A program made the translations under genes and the position numbers. A DNA stretch of 64,000 nt from Cycas panzhihuaensis. Lineage: Eukaryota; Plantae; Cycadophyta. Of this stretch, positions 27,601 through 40,561 are shown one piece after another. The notes under the pieces were generated by a model that did no database searches, was not told the origin of the DNA, and saw only the letters and a list, made by a program, of their open reading frames with translations. Location: assembly GCA_023213395.1 (NCBI GenBank), contig CM041465.1, forward strand, positions 135,229,741 through 135,293,740, given 5' to 3'. The number at the start of each line of letters is the position of its first letter. Position 1 is the first letter of the stretch.

Positions 27601-29318
27601 TTTGGAAAGTATATGAACTAAGCATAATAAGGAAATGATCATTTCAATAATGATAAAAATGGCTTTTTAATAAGTGTACCTTTTAAATAAACTTTGAAAT
27701 AAAATGAATATAAGAGCAAATTTGAATGTAATAAATATCCTAAGTAAATCTGAAATAAACTTTGATGATAAAAAGAATAATCATTAACCTTTTAATTCTT
27801 CAAATGAATAAATATAAACTCTTAATGCAATAAATCCTTAACATTGATGATAATATATAATGCTGAAATAGAAATGTATATGTGTATTTTCACTTTGACA
27901 TATAAAGAATATGAATAAATTTTTGAACAAAAAGTATTATACTTCTTAAAAGAAAGGTTTAAAGGATAACCTTAAGTTGGATAAATTTAAAAGTATACTA
28001 AACAATGTCAGAATAACATAAAACTTCACCAGTATGAAGATTAATAAAATATGTATCCAATAGAACTAACCTTTTTGAAAACAGGTTTATATAAGTCAAT
28101 ATTTGAATAATTCAAAGGTATAGGCCTCTTTTGAGGCATAATAGGAGCAAGGAGCTTAAAAACTTATAAAAATGTTAATAAAACTTTATAGAATTCTATA
28201 AAGATGATCAAATATATCTTGGAGAGCTTCTTAATATATTTTCAATTGAAATTTTTGAGAAATACTATACATGAAATGTGTAATTATGGCAGGTTTAAGG
28301 TAATTAAGTACCTCTCCTTTAATGCTTTTGAAAATCAGTAAAAATATGTTAAAATGTATAAAAAACTATGTCAGTTTGAAGGGGAATGAATTAGATTCCC
28401 AACAAAACTAACAAAATTAAATTCTGATATAAAACAAAGAAGTTATAACAAAAATGGCAACATGTACCTTTATGTAAAAATGTTTAAAAAAATACTAAAA
28501 ACCACTAAAGTGCCATTTTCGGCGATTAAAATAATGATCAAAATGAATTCAAAAAAATAAAATAAAAGTTGGGTAATGAAGTTTATTGAACGTAGATCAC
28601 TGTAGAATAGATCCATATAGAAAATAATCCCCCGATAGTAAAATATAATCAGTTCAAAAAATGATTTTATAAAAAAGTAAAATAAAAGCTCAAAAAATGA
28701 ATAATCAAGTTTAAATTATCTGAAACGGGGTCAAATCAAATCGAAATTGGTCATATGACCAGTCAAAACTAATTTACAAAAAATTTCTGATGTAATGAAA
28801 CTAGTTTCATCAGAAATTGATGACTAAGTGAGGAGTTATGGCAAAAATTTGCTAGTAACCCTATGTAAAGTAAAAAATAAAAAGGAAAAGGTTTGTAAAA
28901 ATGATGAGTCCCTTTTGAGGTGACTAATGGTCACATGAAAAGGGAATATGACTAGGGGGAAAATCTTAACGAGGTTAGGTTTTTTTTCTTTAAGCGTTCA
29001 GATTTCAAATTATATAAAATTTAATTAAATTTGTTAAACTTTGTGAAAAATAAAAAATAACAATTTTGAAACGTGAAGGTGTGTGTAGCCACTGTCGTTG
29101 CTGTGTAGACGTCGTCATTGTTGTACAGACGTCATTGGACCAGCACGTGGACAGGCGATTACATAGGGGCAGAGAGATTTGCACGCGGCCTCTGCGCTCT
29201 GCTACACTGCTTATAGAGACCTGTACGTGGACTTGCGATCTGTGATGAAGGTGAAGATCATTGAAGAGCCAATGTCTAAGGCAATATGGATAGAGGGGAT
29301 GGAGGCTGATAGCTTGGA

Positions 29319-29875
29319 ATACTTGTTCACTCAAGTATTGAGGCTGCCTGTAATGCTCATCCAACTCTCGATGTCTTCATCAATTTTGCATCATTTAGAA
29401 GTGCGTCAGCTTCTTCTATGTCTGCACTGATTATAATAGTAACTATAATAGCTGAGGGTGTTCTTAAAGGAGACACAAAGCAGCTAATTGCATATGCCTG
29501 AACTAATAATAAGGTTATTATTGGGCCTATTATAGTTGGTAGCATTCAGGCTGGAGCATTTAAAATTGGTGACATGACAGGCACAATTAATAACATTATT
29601 CAGTGCAAGTTGTATAGGCCTGGATCTATTGGATTTATTTCTAAATCAGGGGGAATGTCAAATGAACTCTATAGCATAATTGTACGTGTCATAGATGGGA
29701 TATATGAAGGTATTGCAATTGGTGGAGATGTGTTTCCTGGTTCAACATTATTTGATCATGTTTTGCAGTTTAACAATATTCCACAGATTAAGATGATGGT
29801 TGTTCTTAGGGAACTTGGTGGTAGAGACAAGTATTCTCTAGTTAAAGCCTTGAAACAGAGGAAGGTAGAAAAACA
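29319..29875 (+). pseudogene. ACLB: Intronless captured fragment of ATP-citrate lyase beta chain
   Basis: VHSSIEAACNAHPTLDVFINFASFRSASASSMSAL...IIAEGV..DTKQLIAYA*TNNKVIIGP..IQAGAFKIGDMTGTINNIIQCKLYRPGSIGFISKSGGMSNELY..DGIYEGIAIGGDVFPGSTL..NIPQIKMMVVLRELGGRDKYSLV. Contains a stop codon and a small deletion. Confidence 0.95.
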
Positions 29876-29876
29876 T

Positions 29877-29921
29877 GGGGATCAAACTTGCATTCTATGG
29901 GATATTACAACTAACCATCGA
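29877..29921 (+). pseudogene. AGB1: Captured micro-fragment of heterotrimeric G-protein beta subunit (WD40)
   Basis: GDQTCILWDITT, fused in frame to the ACLB piece. It matches the plant G-beta motif SSGDQTC(I/V)LWD(V/I)TTG as I remember it. Confidence 0.75.
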
Positions 29922-30256
29922 CTAGAAGTAGCTAAGTCTGCATGTCAACAAGAAACATAGAGTATTCAAAATGTAAAATTCAGGATTGAGAGCAAACCCT
30001 TGTTATTTTATATATTCTTTTATTTTTGCTTTTTATTTAAAGAGCACACTCTAAGTTTTCAAAGAAACTTTAAATGTTCCAAATACTTTTTTTTATTAGG
30101 AAGTATATTATTTGGCTCTTGGAATACCGGACTTGGAATACCTTACAGTGACTTATGTTTGATTTTCTCTGTTCGTTTTTAGCTAATATATGGAGATAAT
30201 ATCTATGGCATGCAAGCAAATGACAATATATAGCATATAAATAGTTATAATGAAAA

Positions 30257-30307
<51 letters not shown>

Positions 30308-30344
30308 TAGATAAATATGAAGAATCTATATCAAAAATTAGCAG

Positions 30345-30415
30345 GCACTAGAAGGCAGCAGGAAGGTTCGTTTTGCAACAACAAAGGCTTTGTACAATGC
30401 TCTGAAGCAACCCTT
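30345..30415 (+). pseudogene. Probable captured micro-fragment of importin beta-1
   Basis: ALEGSRKVRFATTKALYNAL resembles plant importin beta AAEGN.DVRLAATRALY.AL. It is followed in a shifted frame by EATL, a downstream importin beta motif. Confidence 0.55.
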
Positions 30416-30559
30416 GATTCCCAGATTCAAAGCTTCATCAAGAAGAAAGAGGACTTTTAATGACAAAGATAAAAAAACTTGGATAAACTGAGAATAACTA
30501 TTGATAGTAAATGTTGAAAAAGACATTTTTTTTTGTTTTCTGTCTACTTTGGCAAAGTG

Positions 30560-31560
30560 AGTTAAGGAACTCTTGCTTGAAATATATAACAGATCTTGTA
30601 AATATATTGATAAAAAACTATATCAAATAAAAAAATAATACTAATAAAAAATCTATATATATATATATATATGTTTCAAATATAACAGATCTTTGGTATA
30701 TGATGTTGAGGACTTCTTAACAGAATAGATTATTGTGCTTATGCCCTTGTCTTTTTCTTCACAAAGCTTTCTTCATATAACTATAAGTAGTAGATACATT
30801 AACTCAAAAAACACATCAATGAAACTGGATCTTTTAAATATATTGACAAAATTATATCAAATAAAGAAAATGCATGTATATGTATCTGAAATATTTTCAA
30901 ATATGTTGCAGATATATTAGAAATATATGTTTAAATTTGAAAAAAATGTATGAAGAACCTAGTAAACGTAGTTGTAGTTGATTTCTTCAAACTTTCAAAT
31001 GCATTCTCCAATAGATGGATCTGCTGTATGTGCTTCAAAAGTTACAGATATGAAAAATGAACTTGAAAAATATGGTCAAATATATATTAAAAAATATAGA
31101 TTTGAAATAAAATATAATAGATCTGAACTAAATGTTACAAATCTATAACAAATATACTAGAAAATGTTGAAATAATTGCTGAAATAAGCAGATCTGAAAA
31201 AATGTAGCAGATCTGAAAGAAAACTTGATCAATATTATAGATCTTAAGCTAAATATTATGGATCTGACGTAAGTATAATAAATCTAAAAAATATAAGGCA
31301 GATCTTGAAGAAATATAGCTTAAATTTAAGAAAAAACTTATGTAAATATTGCATGCAAATGCAATGCTTCACAGATCTAAAAATATTTGATATATAGACA
31401 TAAATCTACTTGAAAAAATACTAAATATTTGATAAAAATGTAGATCTAAGAAAATATATCACAAATTTGAAGAAAACTTGAATAATATGTAGCTTGCTAC
31501 TGATCTCCTTCACAAATCTACACAAATTTATGAATAAATCTGAGATATCTTTGTTATTTA
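30560..31560. repeat. Degenerate short-period repeat built on AGATCT (AAATATAACAGATCT-like) in the element 5'UTR
   Basis: More than a dozen AGATCT/GGATCT/AAATCT cores, spaced ~20-40 bp where dense (31100-31560). Confidence 0.7.
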
Positions 31561-33233
31561 TCAAATATAACTTAAGAATATATAAATCTTGATAAAATAA
31601 TATAAGAAACTTGCTGGAAAAAAAAACTTACAGAAAATAAATGTAACCAGTATTTTGCTTGTGAGCAAATCTACCTCAAAATCTTCTTACTTCTTTGAAA
31701 ATTTTCAACAGGCTAGTAATCGACCACTCTGATACTAGATGTTGGAAATAAATTGAGTTAAACTAAGCTTTAATACCAAATGTTGGAAAAAATGTATGCC
31801 CAAGTAGCTCTGATACCAAATGTTGGAAAAATAATTACATGGAGAACATGATAGAATATATACAAAAATCATATAGATCAATATTGCATCATAGCATCAT
31901 ATCTTCAAAATAAAAGTACTTTGTATTCAATCCATATTATAGTGAAGAGAGTTATAAATTTCCTAATAAGGGTAGTGTCTAAAGACACCAGAGTTTCACA
32001 CCCCTTAATATTTATAATTTTGGGGGAGGAGGGAAATTCCTCAACCCCTATAATTTAATTTACAGTAAAATAATACTAACTTAACTCAAATTAATATTAA
32101 CTTACCTTAACTTACCTACACATGTTGAGCACTCATATGTGTAAATTGAAGATGATGAGGTGTGCTCCCCTAGTTGAAAGGTGGGAGTGGAATGATGACT
32201 ATTAACTCCAATAAGCACTTTTCCTCTGGGAAATAAATAAACAATGAGGCCTTTTGAAAGGATACTATAATAGTTTAAACATCTACTACACAGAGGATCA
32301 ATCCAAACTATTATAGGGAAACACATCATAAAACTAATCTACTTGAAGTTGCTTAGGCTATGGGTTATATATTGGCGAAAATAATTTGTGTGTAAGGTCT
32401 TTGGTTGCTTAAGAAATCTTATAAAAGGTTGCAAATATAGGGGAGACTTGTGGAGAGCAAGTTCTCAATAACAAATGGTACTTACAAATAGATTACACTA
32501 TTAAGAAGGTGTCTCAAAAGTCCTTTTGATTGTTAACACAACTATGCATGGGAGAGATTATCTCGAGGCTCTATTAAGCCAAAGTGCATAAAAGGTACCA
32601 AGAGTTGCTTGACAAAAAGAGTCTATTTAGACTACAAATATGAATTTAGTATTCGAAAATAAATTTTTGGACTATAAACACTATTATGCTGGGAGAGAGT
32701 TATCTCTAGGTAACATGTGACAAAACTAAGTGTATTAATGGTATATTAATTACATTGATTAATAGCCATTTTGGGGTGTTTTAGAATATAGTGCATAAAA
32801 AATGAGCTACAGTAACGGTAATGTTCATTATGCAAGGTGATAGTTTATAAAATAAGTAATCCAATGGGATAAACTGGGTGAAAATTTGATACTTTAAAGC
32901 TAGATTGGAGTAATTATAAAAATAGGTCTTTCTATTATGTCATATTTCATTTTCATTTTTGAGAGTTAAAAATTTTCTTACTTTACCCTCATTCACCCAA
33001 ACCACTCTTGGGTTCACTTTAAGTAAATGAAAGTTTACATTTACATGCGGTTAAAGGTATTGGATTCATGGTATCAAGATAACTATATAGGCATAAGATC
33101 CGATAGGCTTCACCCTCTAATTTTTTTATAATTTAAATTTTTAGGATTTTGGAATTTTTTAGGGATTTAACCTATATTTTTAGATTTTGACTAAATAAGG
33201 TCTTATTGGAAGCTCATTTGTAGCTAGATCTCA

Positions 33234-36200
33234 TGAAGGAAGGATGGATCTAGGAGATAAATCACTCACATGTACACAATGGTAATGGACAATGAAAAAG
33301 AAGATGAAACAAGATATGAGAGCAAGCTTGGAGGTGAGAATGAATAATGACTCCCTCCTTGAGATTTCACTTTTTATTATTGAGGGTGAGCATTAGGGTT
33401 AGGATTTTCTCACCTAATGACATAAAGTACATTTCATTAAGAGACTAATGCTAATAATATATCCTAAGGTCACATAATTAATCTACACAAATAACCTTGA
33501 TACATTAACCTCTTTCAATCCCCCCCTTAATGGTGGAAGTTCATTTTCAGAAAATCTATTTTATGAGGTCTTCATTTGATCCTCATTATTACATTAAAAT
33601 TTTAAATGACACTTTTGTGAGAAAACCCTCATGGGGAATAAAAACCCACGAACTTTCTAAGATCTATAGCCCATTTTATAAATCAAAATGGCTAAGGTGG
33701 CTCTTTGATGTAGCTTGATAGCCAAGCAACTTAAATGTGCACCTTAATCTACTAAGTCTCCATATGCTGTTTGGTCATTCCCTATGCCCTTTTGGGTTTT
33801 CACAGGTTTTGATTTTCTAAAACAAGTACAACCCTTATCCTTCCATGCCCACATGGAGTTTTTACAAAGAGGATAGAGCAGAGACTTACTCTTATTCTTC
33901 TGCGCCCACAAGGGGTTTTCACGAAGAGAATAGAGTATGATGATCCTGTTGCCATCTTCTTTGATCAATCAAAGATGGAGGCCCTAAGGCTGAGCTGCAT
34001 ACGAAACTGTTCAAACTTCACCTCTTTGCAATGGTTTGGTGAAGATATTGGCCACTTAATCTGCTGTGGGATAGTAATCTAATTGAATTGTATCGTCATA
34101 AACAAGTTCCCTAATCCTATGGACTTTTGTACTTATGTGTTTGTTACGATCATAAAATATAGGATTTTTTGCCATATAGATTACTGATTGATTATCCATA
34201 TGAAGACTTGTAGGACTTATTTGGGTGATATTCAATGTTTCCAATAATTTTCTCAGCCATATCACCTCTTTACTGGTCTCAGATGCAACAATGTATTCAG
34301 CTTCGGCAGTTGAATCTGTAACTATCTCCTGCCGTTTGGATCTCCATGATATTGGTACTTTTCTAAGAAACGTTACATACTCAGACATAGATATTCCCGT
34401 ATCTTTATCTCCTACAAAGTATGAGTCTATGTATGCAGAAAGCTTAAAGTCTGAATTAGGTTCATACAACGGACTATATTTGTTGGTCGTCTTAAGGTAT
34501 CTCAACACTCACACTACTGCCTGCCAATGATTCTGCTTAGGATTTGTCATGTAACGAGCAAGAATGCTGATAGAGTATATGATATATGGCCTTGTATTAG
34601 TAGTGTAGATGAGACTACCTACAAGTTTCCTATAGAGTGTTGTATCTGTCTCCCTAGTGTTACCTTCAGCTGAGAGTTTGGTGTTAGGATCCATAGGTAA
34701 CATCACTAGTCAAGCATCTTCTAACTGAAACTTGGTTAGAAGATCATTGATGTATTTTTCTTGGGAGAAGAAAAATTTTCCATTCTTTTGTGTTACTTCA
34801 ATTCCCAAGTAATATTTCATCAAACTGATGTCAGATAATTTGAACGTTTTGCCAAGGTCCTTTTTCAGCTAGCTTATTGCCTGTTCACTATTACTCGTTA
34901 CTAGCATGTCATCCACAAAGATTATGAGATAAGTGACTTTATCCTTATGGCACTTGATGAACAACATTGTATCAATATCTTGATAGTCATAAACCTCGTA
35001 TCCAAGTTGCCTCATCCTTTCAGACAACTTGGCAAACCAAGCGTGAGGGGCTTGTTTAAGGCCATACAAGGACTTTCTGAGCCTGCAAACATTATGCTGT
35101 TGACCTTCGATCTCATATCCTTCTGACTAAGCCATGTAAATTTTTTCTTCAAGATCTCCATTGAGAAATGCAGTCTTAATATTGAGTTGGTGGATTTTCC
35201 AACCCTGTTGAGTAGCTAAGGCCACAAGAATTCTAATTGTAGGCCACTTGGTTATAGGTGCAAAGACTTCAGTGTAGTCGATGCCTTCCCTTTGTGTAAA
35301 TCCTTTAGCTACCAACCTCGCCTTGTGTTTTTCAAGGGTGCCATCTGATCTATATCTATTTTTGAGCACCCATTTATTTTGAACTACCTTTCTGCCAAGT
35401 GGTAGATCAACGAGCTCCCATGTACTGTTCTTGATAAGAGACTGGTACTCTTCGTTCATGGTGTTTCTCCAAACTGTATGCTTTACAACTTCTTGGTACG
35501 TTAAGGGCTCTTCATTAAGAGTAAGGTGCAATTCTGTTGGTTCAAGCTCAATATATAATGATTCCTGCATCCTTGCTTTATGGGCACTTCGAGTGCCAGT
35601 TTTTCCCACCTCATCTAGTCGTATATCCTTATTGAGCTGGCAGGCTTCTCGAGATCCTCGAGTTGGGAATGATGTCCTCATTTCCCTAACTTCTTGGTTC
35701 TCATCATGTTCGTTAAAATGATTATTTTGTGAGGAGGATGTTGATGTGCCTGAGGAAGATGGTCCTTCTACTACTATTTTGCCTTTGTTAATTGAAGGTG
35801 GAGATGATGGTTCTTCTATAATGGCTTTGCCTTTGTCAACTCTGCTATCTTCAAAAGATGGCGTTGGATGTGCACTCATTGGTTCAGAGTCATAACTTGT
35901 ATCCTCTAAGGCTCTATTGTCAGCTTCCAACATTTGGAGTAATTTATGTTTGCCCCCCCCCCCCCCCCTCCCAAATTTTAGAATTTAAACATCATACTTG
36001 ATAACATTATTATAGCGACATGAGGGTACTATGGAGTCTAATTTAAGGAACTGATCCTCTGTCTCCGCAAAAATGACATCTCTAGTAACGATGATTTTTT
36101 GTTGTGAAGGTATAAAGACCTTATACCCTTTCTTATCCATAGGGTATCCAACAAAGATGCCTTTAAGTGCCATTAGCTGGAGTTTATTTTGATCTGCATC

Positions 36201-39200
36201 CAGAATATGGACATAGCATATAGAGCCAAAAATTCTAAAGTAGTGAACAATGGGGGCTTGTCCTGACCACTTTTCATTAGGTGATTATACTTCCTTTGAT
36301 GGGCTAACAACATTGATACAATAAATGACTGTCCAGATTGCTTCAGCCCATAGATAGGCAAGTACATTTTTATATATTAACATAACATGGGCTATGTTTA
36401 TGATTGTCTTGTTCATGTGCTCGACAACTCTATTTTGTTGTGGGGTACCTGCTACTGTTGTTTGATGCTTGATGCCATTGTCTCGAAGGTAGCTTTCAAA
36501 CTCATGTGAGGTATATTTACTACCATTATTAGTTCAAAGACATTTGAGTTGATAACCTGACTCTTTTTCAGTGAGGGCTTTGAATTCCTTGAATATACGC
36601 AATGCTTCATCTTTCTTGTGTAGAAAAGCTACCCATACTTTTCTAGTAAAATCATCAATAAAAGAGATATAATATAGCTTTCCCTTCAGTAAAGGAATGG
36701 CCATTGGCCCGCACAAATCAGAGTGTACCAATTGTAATGGATGGCTTGATTTCCACTGACTTTTGGGAAAGGGTTATCAATGAGATTTGGCAATGATACA
36801 AGCTTCACATTTAAAGGGCTTAGAGAAAAATTTTAGAAGGTTTGGAAGAGTATTAGAAAGATCTCTAAGTTTATCAATATGAACATGGCCCATACGAGCA
36901 TGCCAAAGAGCTTCTGGTGACAACGTTGGATGGGTCAAGATGGAATTAAATGTAAATTCTTTATCGGTACAAGGGCTTTGGGCACAATGGGCTTCAGAAG
37001 ATGGAGAGCCATTTAGTCGAAAGAGTTTGCCAGAGAGATGTCCAGTCAAAACCACCTAATTAGTTAGAGGGTGAATGACCTTAAGAGTCTGGTAATTTGC
37101 GGTTATACTCAGATCAAATCTGTGAGAAACAAGTGTGGATAAAGAGAGTAGGTTTTGTTTGAGATTAGGTATGTATAAGACATCAAGCAATGTAAAATCA
37201 TCTAAGCCTGGGAGTTTTAGGCGAATGTTGCCAATTCCTTCAGCAGGTTGTGATTTATCATCCATGTGAACAACTCCATGAACATTTGAGTCAAATGTTT
37301 GATATAAACTATGATTGTATGTCATATATTGAGTTGTTCCTGTGTCCATGATCCATTGTCCATCAATTGAAGCTACACTATTGGCAATTCCAATAGGGCT
37401 TGGCATTGGTGAATGGAATTCACAAGTGATATATCCACACCGAGCTTCAAAGTATCTCTTTGGTTGGTCAATGGCATTTGATACTGAAGATCCCTCAATT
37501 CTTTGAATGTGTGCTTATACAAAACCTACACCACTAAAGGATTCTTCACAATTTTCTTCAACATTGTGAGCTCCATGTTTTGGTTAGAACTTGGCAAACT
37601 TATAAGTGGTAGTTTTGCAATCTTTTGCTAAGTGTCCTTTACGGTTACACCGATCACACATAATGGTTTGATTACCGGTCCCTGAAGAAGTACTGATTTG
37701 GCCTGGCTATCTTGCTCTTTGTTAAGGTGGCCCTTAGCCTTGAAACTGTCGAGGTTGTGATTGAGAGTTTGATTGACCTTGTGGATGATTTCTCATATTT
37801 TTTTCTCTTCCTCTTGCTCGGTATTTTCTCTACCACGAGAGGGACCTTGATTTTTTGTGTAGCAAACTTCTTCTTCTACCTCAAAGGCTGCATCTAGAAG
37901 AGAGTTAGAGGCTACAAAGTTTGTATCAAAGGTCTTGTCAAATTCTATAAACTTCTCGTCAAGTGCTTCGAAGTTGAGTGTCTTCAATGTTCCACTAGAT
38001 TAAAGACTTTCAAGTAAGTTTTTATAATCGGGGACATGTAAACATGACTGGATCAAAAATGCCCAAGTGATGCATTGGGTCTTAAAGTCTTTGTCAATTG
38101 CCTGTTTGATTGGTCAAAGGAGATTTATTGTCTCATGAGCTTATCCCTTCTACATTTTTAATTTGTTCATTTTCAAAACAAAATGAACAAATTCTAAATC
38201 TGACTTTGTATCAAAGTTCTTTTTAAGAACTTCTAGGACCTTCCAAACTGTATCATATTCCTCTTCATTTATTAAGTTGTGCAAGGAGTGATCAATGACC
38301 AACAAAATTCCTGCATGAATCTTTTCATCATCTATCTCCCATTATAGTTTAGCTACAACATCTGTAGGAGCTATTGGGACGGATCCACTAGAAGCAGTTG
38401 TTGTAGCCATTGCTGGTGTGCTGGGTGTAGGTTGCAAGTGGGCTCTCCAAAGGCCTTCATACTTTATAGCATTTTTAATTCCAGTGTACCATATATCCCA
38501 ATTTTCTTTGCCTTTCAATATGCAGTTAACATTTTGCTTGAGTTGAAATGACATGGTGATGATGAAGAAGTAGAAGAGATGATAGAAGTATGTGCCACTG
38601 ACATGTGTGGCTAATACACCTGGCACATCAGGGATGTAGAAATGATTATTATGATAAGAAGCAAGTAATGATTAACTATTTTTCAACAATTATATAAAAA
38701 AATAAATATAAGTAATAATGCAAGAATGAGGCCTAATGTAGAGCTAGCAAAGAGTGGTGATGTGTCATACCACTAACCTCTCACTTATATCCAAATGTAG
38801 GTGAGGTTTCGATGCCTAAGGCTTCTAGTATACGATTAGGGCTTTCACCCGCAATATTCGCACATGTGCTTGGTGATGAAATCCAAGTCATAGTGGAGCC
38901 TAGGTACTCCTAGTCCTCACCCAGTTCACCAATGAGCAGCTATATACCTCTTGCGAAGAGTCAAACGATACTGCGTATCCCACGACTATGACGGATATTG
39001 GACCAGGTTAATTTTAATCTTGTATTAAGGTTTTTAATTTTCCTAGGTGGTTATCAAGATTATCCCTGATTGGAGGCCGTAGGTATGGCTAACCTATCCC
39101 TCCAACACTATTCTGGTTAAGACCAGACCCAGTATGAAACTTACACCTCCCTTAGGGCCTGGACTTTGGCCAACCTTGGTCTATTTCAACCAAGGCGAGT

Positions 39201-40561
39201 GTGCGCACAAGTCAAGAACTAGCGATATAAATCGTATGGATGAGATTCTTTTTAAGAATAGTGTAAGATGTTTCCATATAATTTAAAACTGAAATAGAAA
39301 CTTGCCAAATGTGCTTGCTTGCTTTTCGTGCTTGCTTTATTATTATTACTACTTTTGTGATGCTTTGTTGTTATTGTTGCTTTTGTGATGCTTTATTATT
39401 GTTGCTATTTTTTTGATACTTTATGCTATGTATGCAAATAGAAAAGCATGTTAGATTTAGCAGGGGAACCAGATGTTGCTTCCGATCTAAGGTTTCCCTT
39501 ACTTTAGTACAATGTTTCCAAATATGATTTTGGAAGTTTTGATACAAAATCCACAATGGGTTAAAAAGTGAATCAACTTTCTGCTAAAATGATGATTTTT
39601 CTAAATCTATATGCATGCTATTTTGGCCTATTTTGGGATTTTTTCACAAAATTTATAAATAATGATAAATGGGTAAAATTTTTAGAAATTACAAATATGA
39701 AGGCCTAAATGATAAAATATGAATTTATAACAGAAGGAAAAAGTGTTCATAATGTCGTTTCTGATAGATTTATGAAGTCATATTTTAGAAAAGGCATAAA
39801 AACTTTTCTGCCCGAAAAAGTACCAAAGTAAAATCATGCCAATTCAACTGTCTCAGAATCTGGACTTCAATATGTCAAAAGTTATGTTTTGACATGTAAA
39901 TTAACTTTTCCTTCTATACCATCTTCAAAATCTACCAAACAATTACCTGAAATGCCCTTGTAAGGTCCTTTGTGGGGTTGAGTAGGTAAAATCAGCAACC
40001 GTGAGAAAATTGCATAGATCTCACCAACCAGTGGATGAAATTTGATGAGATTTATCTTAAAATAATATTAAGACATAAATATACCAGATTCCTTAATAAA
40101 ACTTTCATATGTTCAGCTTATAATTGATGGATTTCATTAGGAAAAGTGCTTTAAATCACTTATCCACAAAATTTACCCTTTTTGTCATAGCCAAAACTCA
40201 CTATTTCATGCTGAATATGAAGTTATTTCAGAAGACAAAAATGATTCTCTAGTTAAGGTGACCTTGCATGCCAAATTTCATCAAATTATGAGATGGTTAA
40301 ATTTTTATGAAAATTTGGGCCTTTAATGCTTCCAGGACCATTCCGGCAGCTGAACGGCTTCAAAAACCTGTATTCTTCACCTATAAATTTTTTCACACAT
40401 GTACAAAGTAGCAACATGCAAAATACTATAATTTAAAGCTCTCAAAATATTAAAAAATAATGAATGCAGTCTCAATACTTCACATTAAAGGTGAAGGAGA
40501 GGCAAAATGACTCAATGCAAGTGGAATGGAGTGAATAGATCCCCTTCTGGCTCTGATACCA
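33234..40561 (-). mobile_element. Near full-length Ty1/Copia element: 3' LTR, PPT, degenerate gag-pol, ~2-kb 5'UTR, PBS-Met
   Basis: LTR 33234-33517 (TGAAGG...CTTTCA), PPT 33518-33529, and PBS GCTCTGATACCA at 40550-40561. Confidence 0.92.
33965..38554 (-). pseudogene. Copia gag-protease-integrase-RT-RNase H polyprotein, interrupted by stops and frameshifts
   Basis: WIMDTGTTQYMT, LWHARMGH, VHSDLCGPM, FVGYP..KGYKV, KARLVAKGFTQREGIDY, YGLKQAP, IFVDDML, STAEAEYI and DNQSVI. Confidence 0.95.

Noticed and set aside
28781-28820. CTGATGA-containing hairpin as a hammerhead ribozyme
   Set aside because: A simple palindrome that lacks the three-stem arrangement and separate GAAA core.
29574-29960. Functional ACLB gene
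   Set aside because: Internal fragment only, with a stop, a deletion and a chimeric C-terminus, inside a retroelement.
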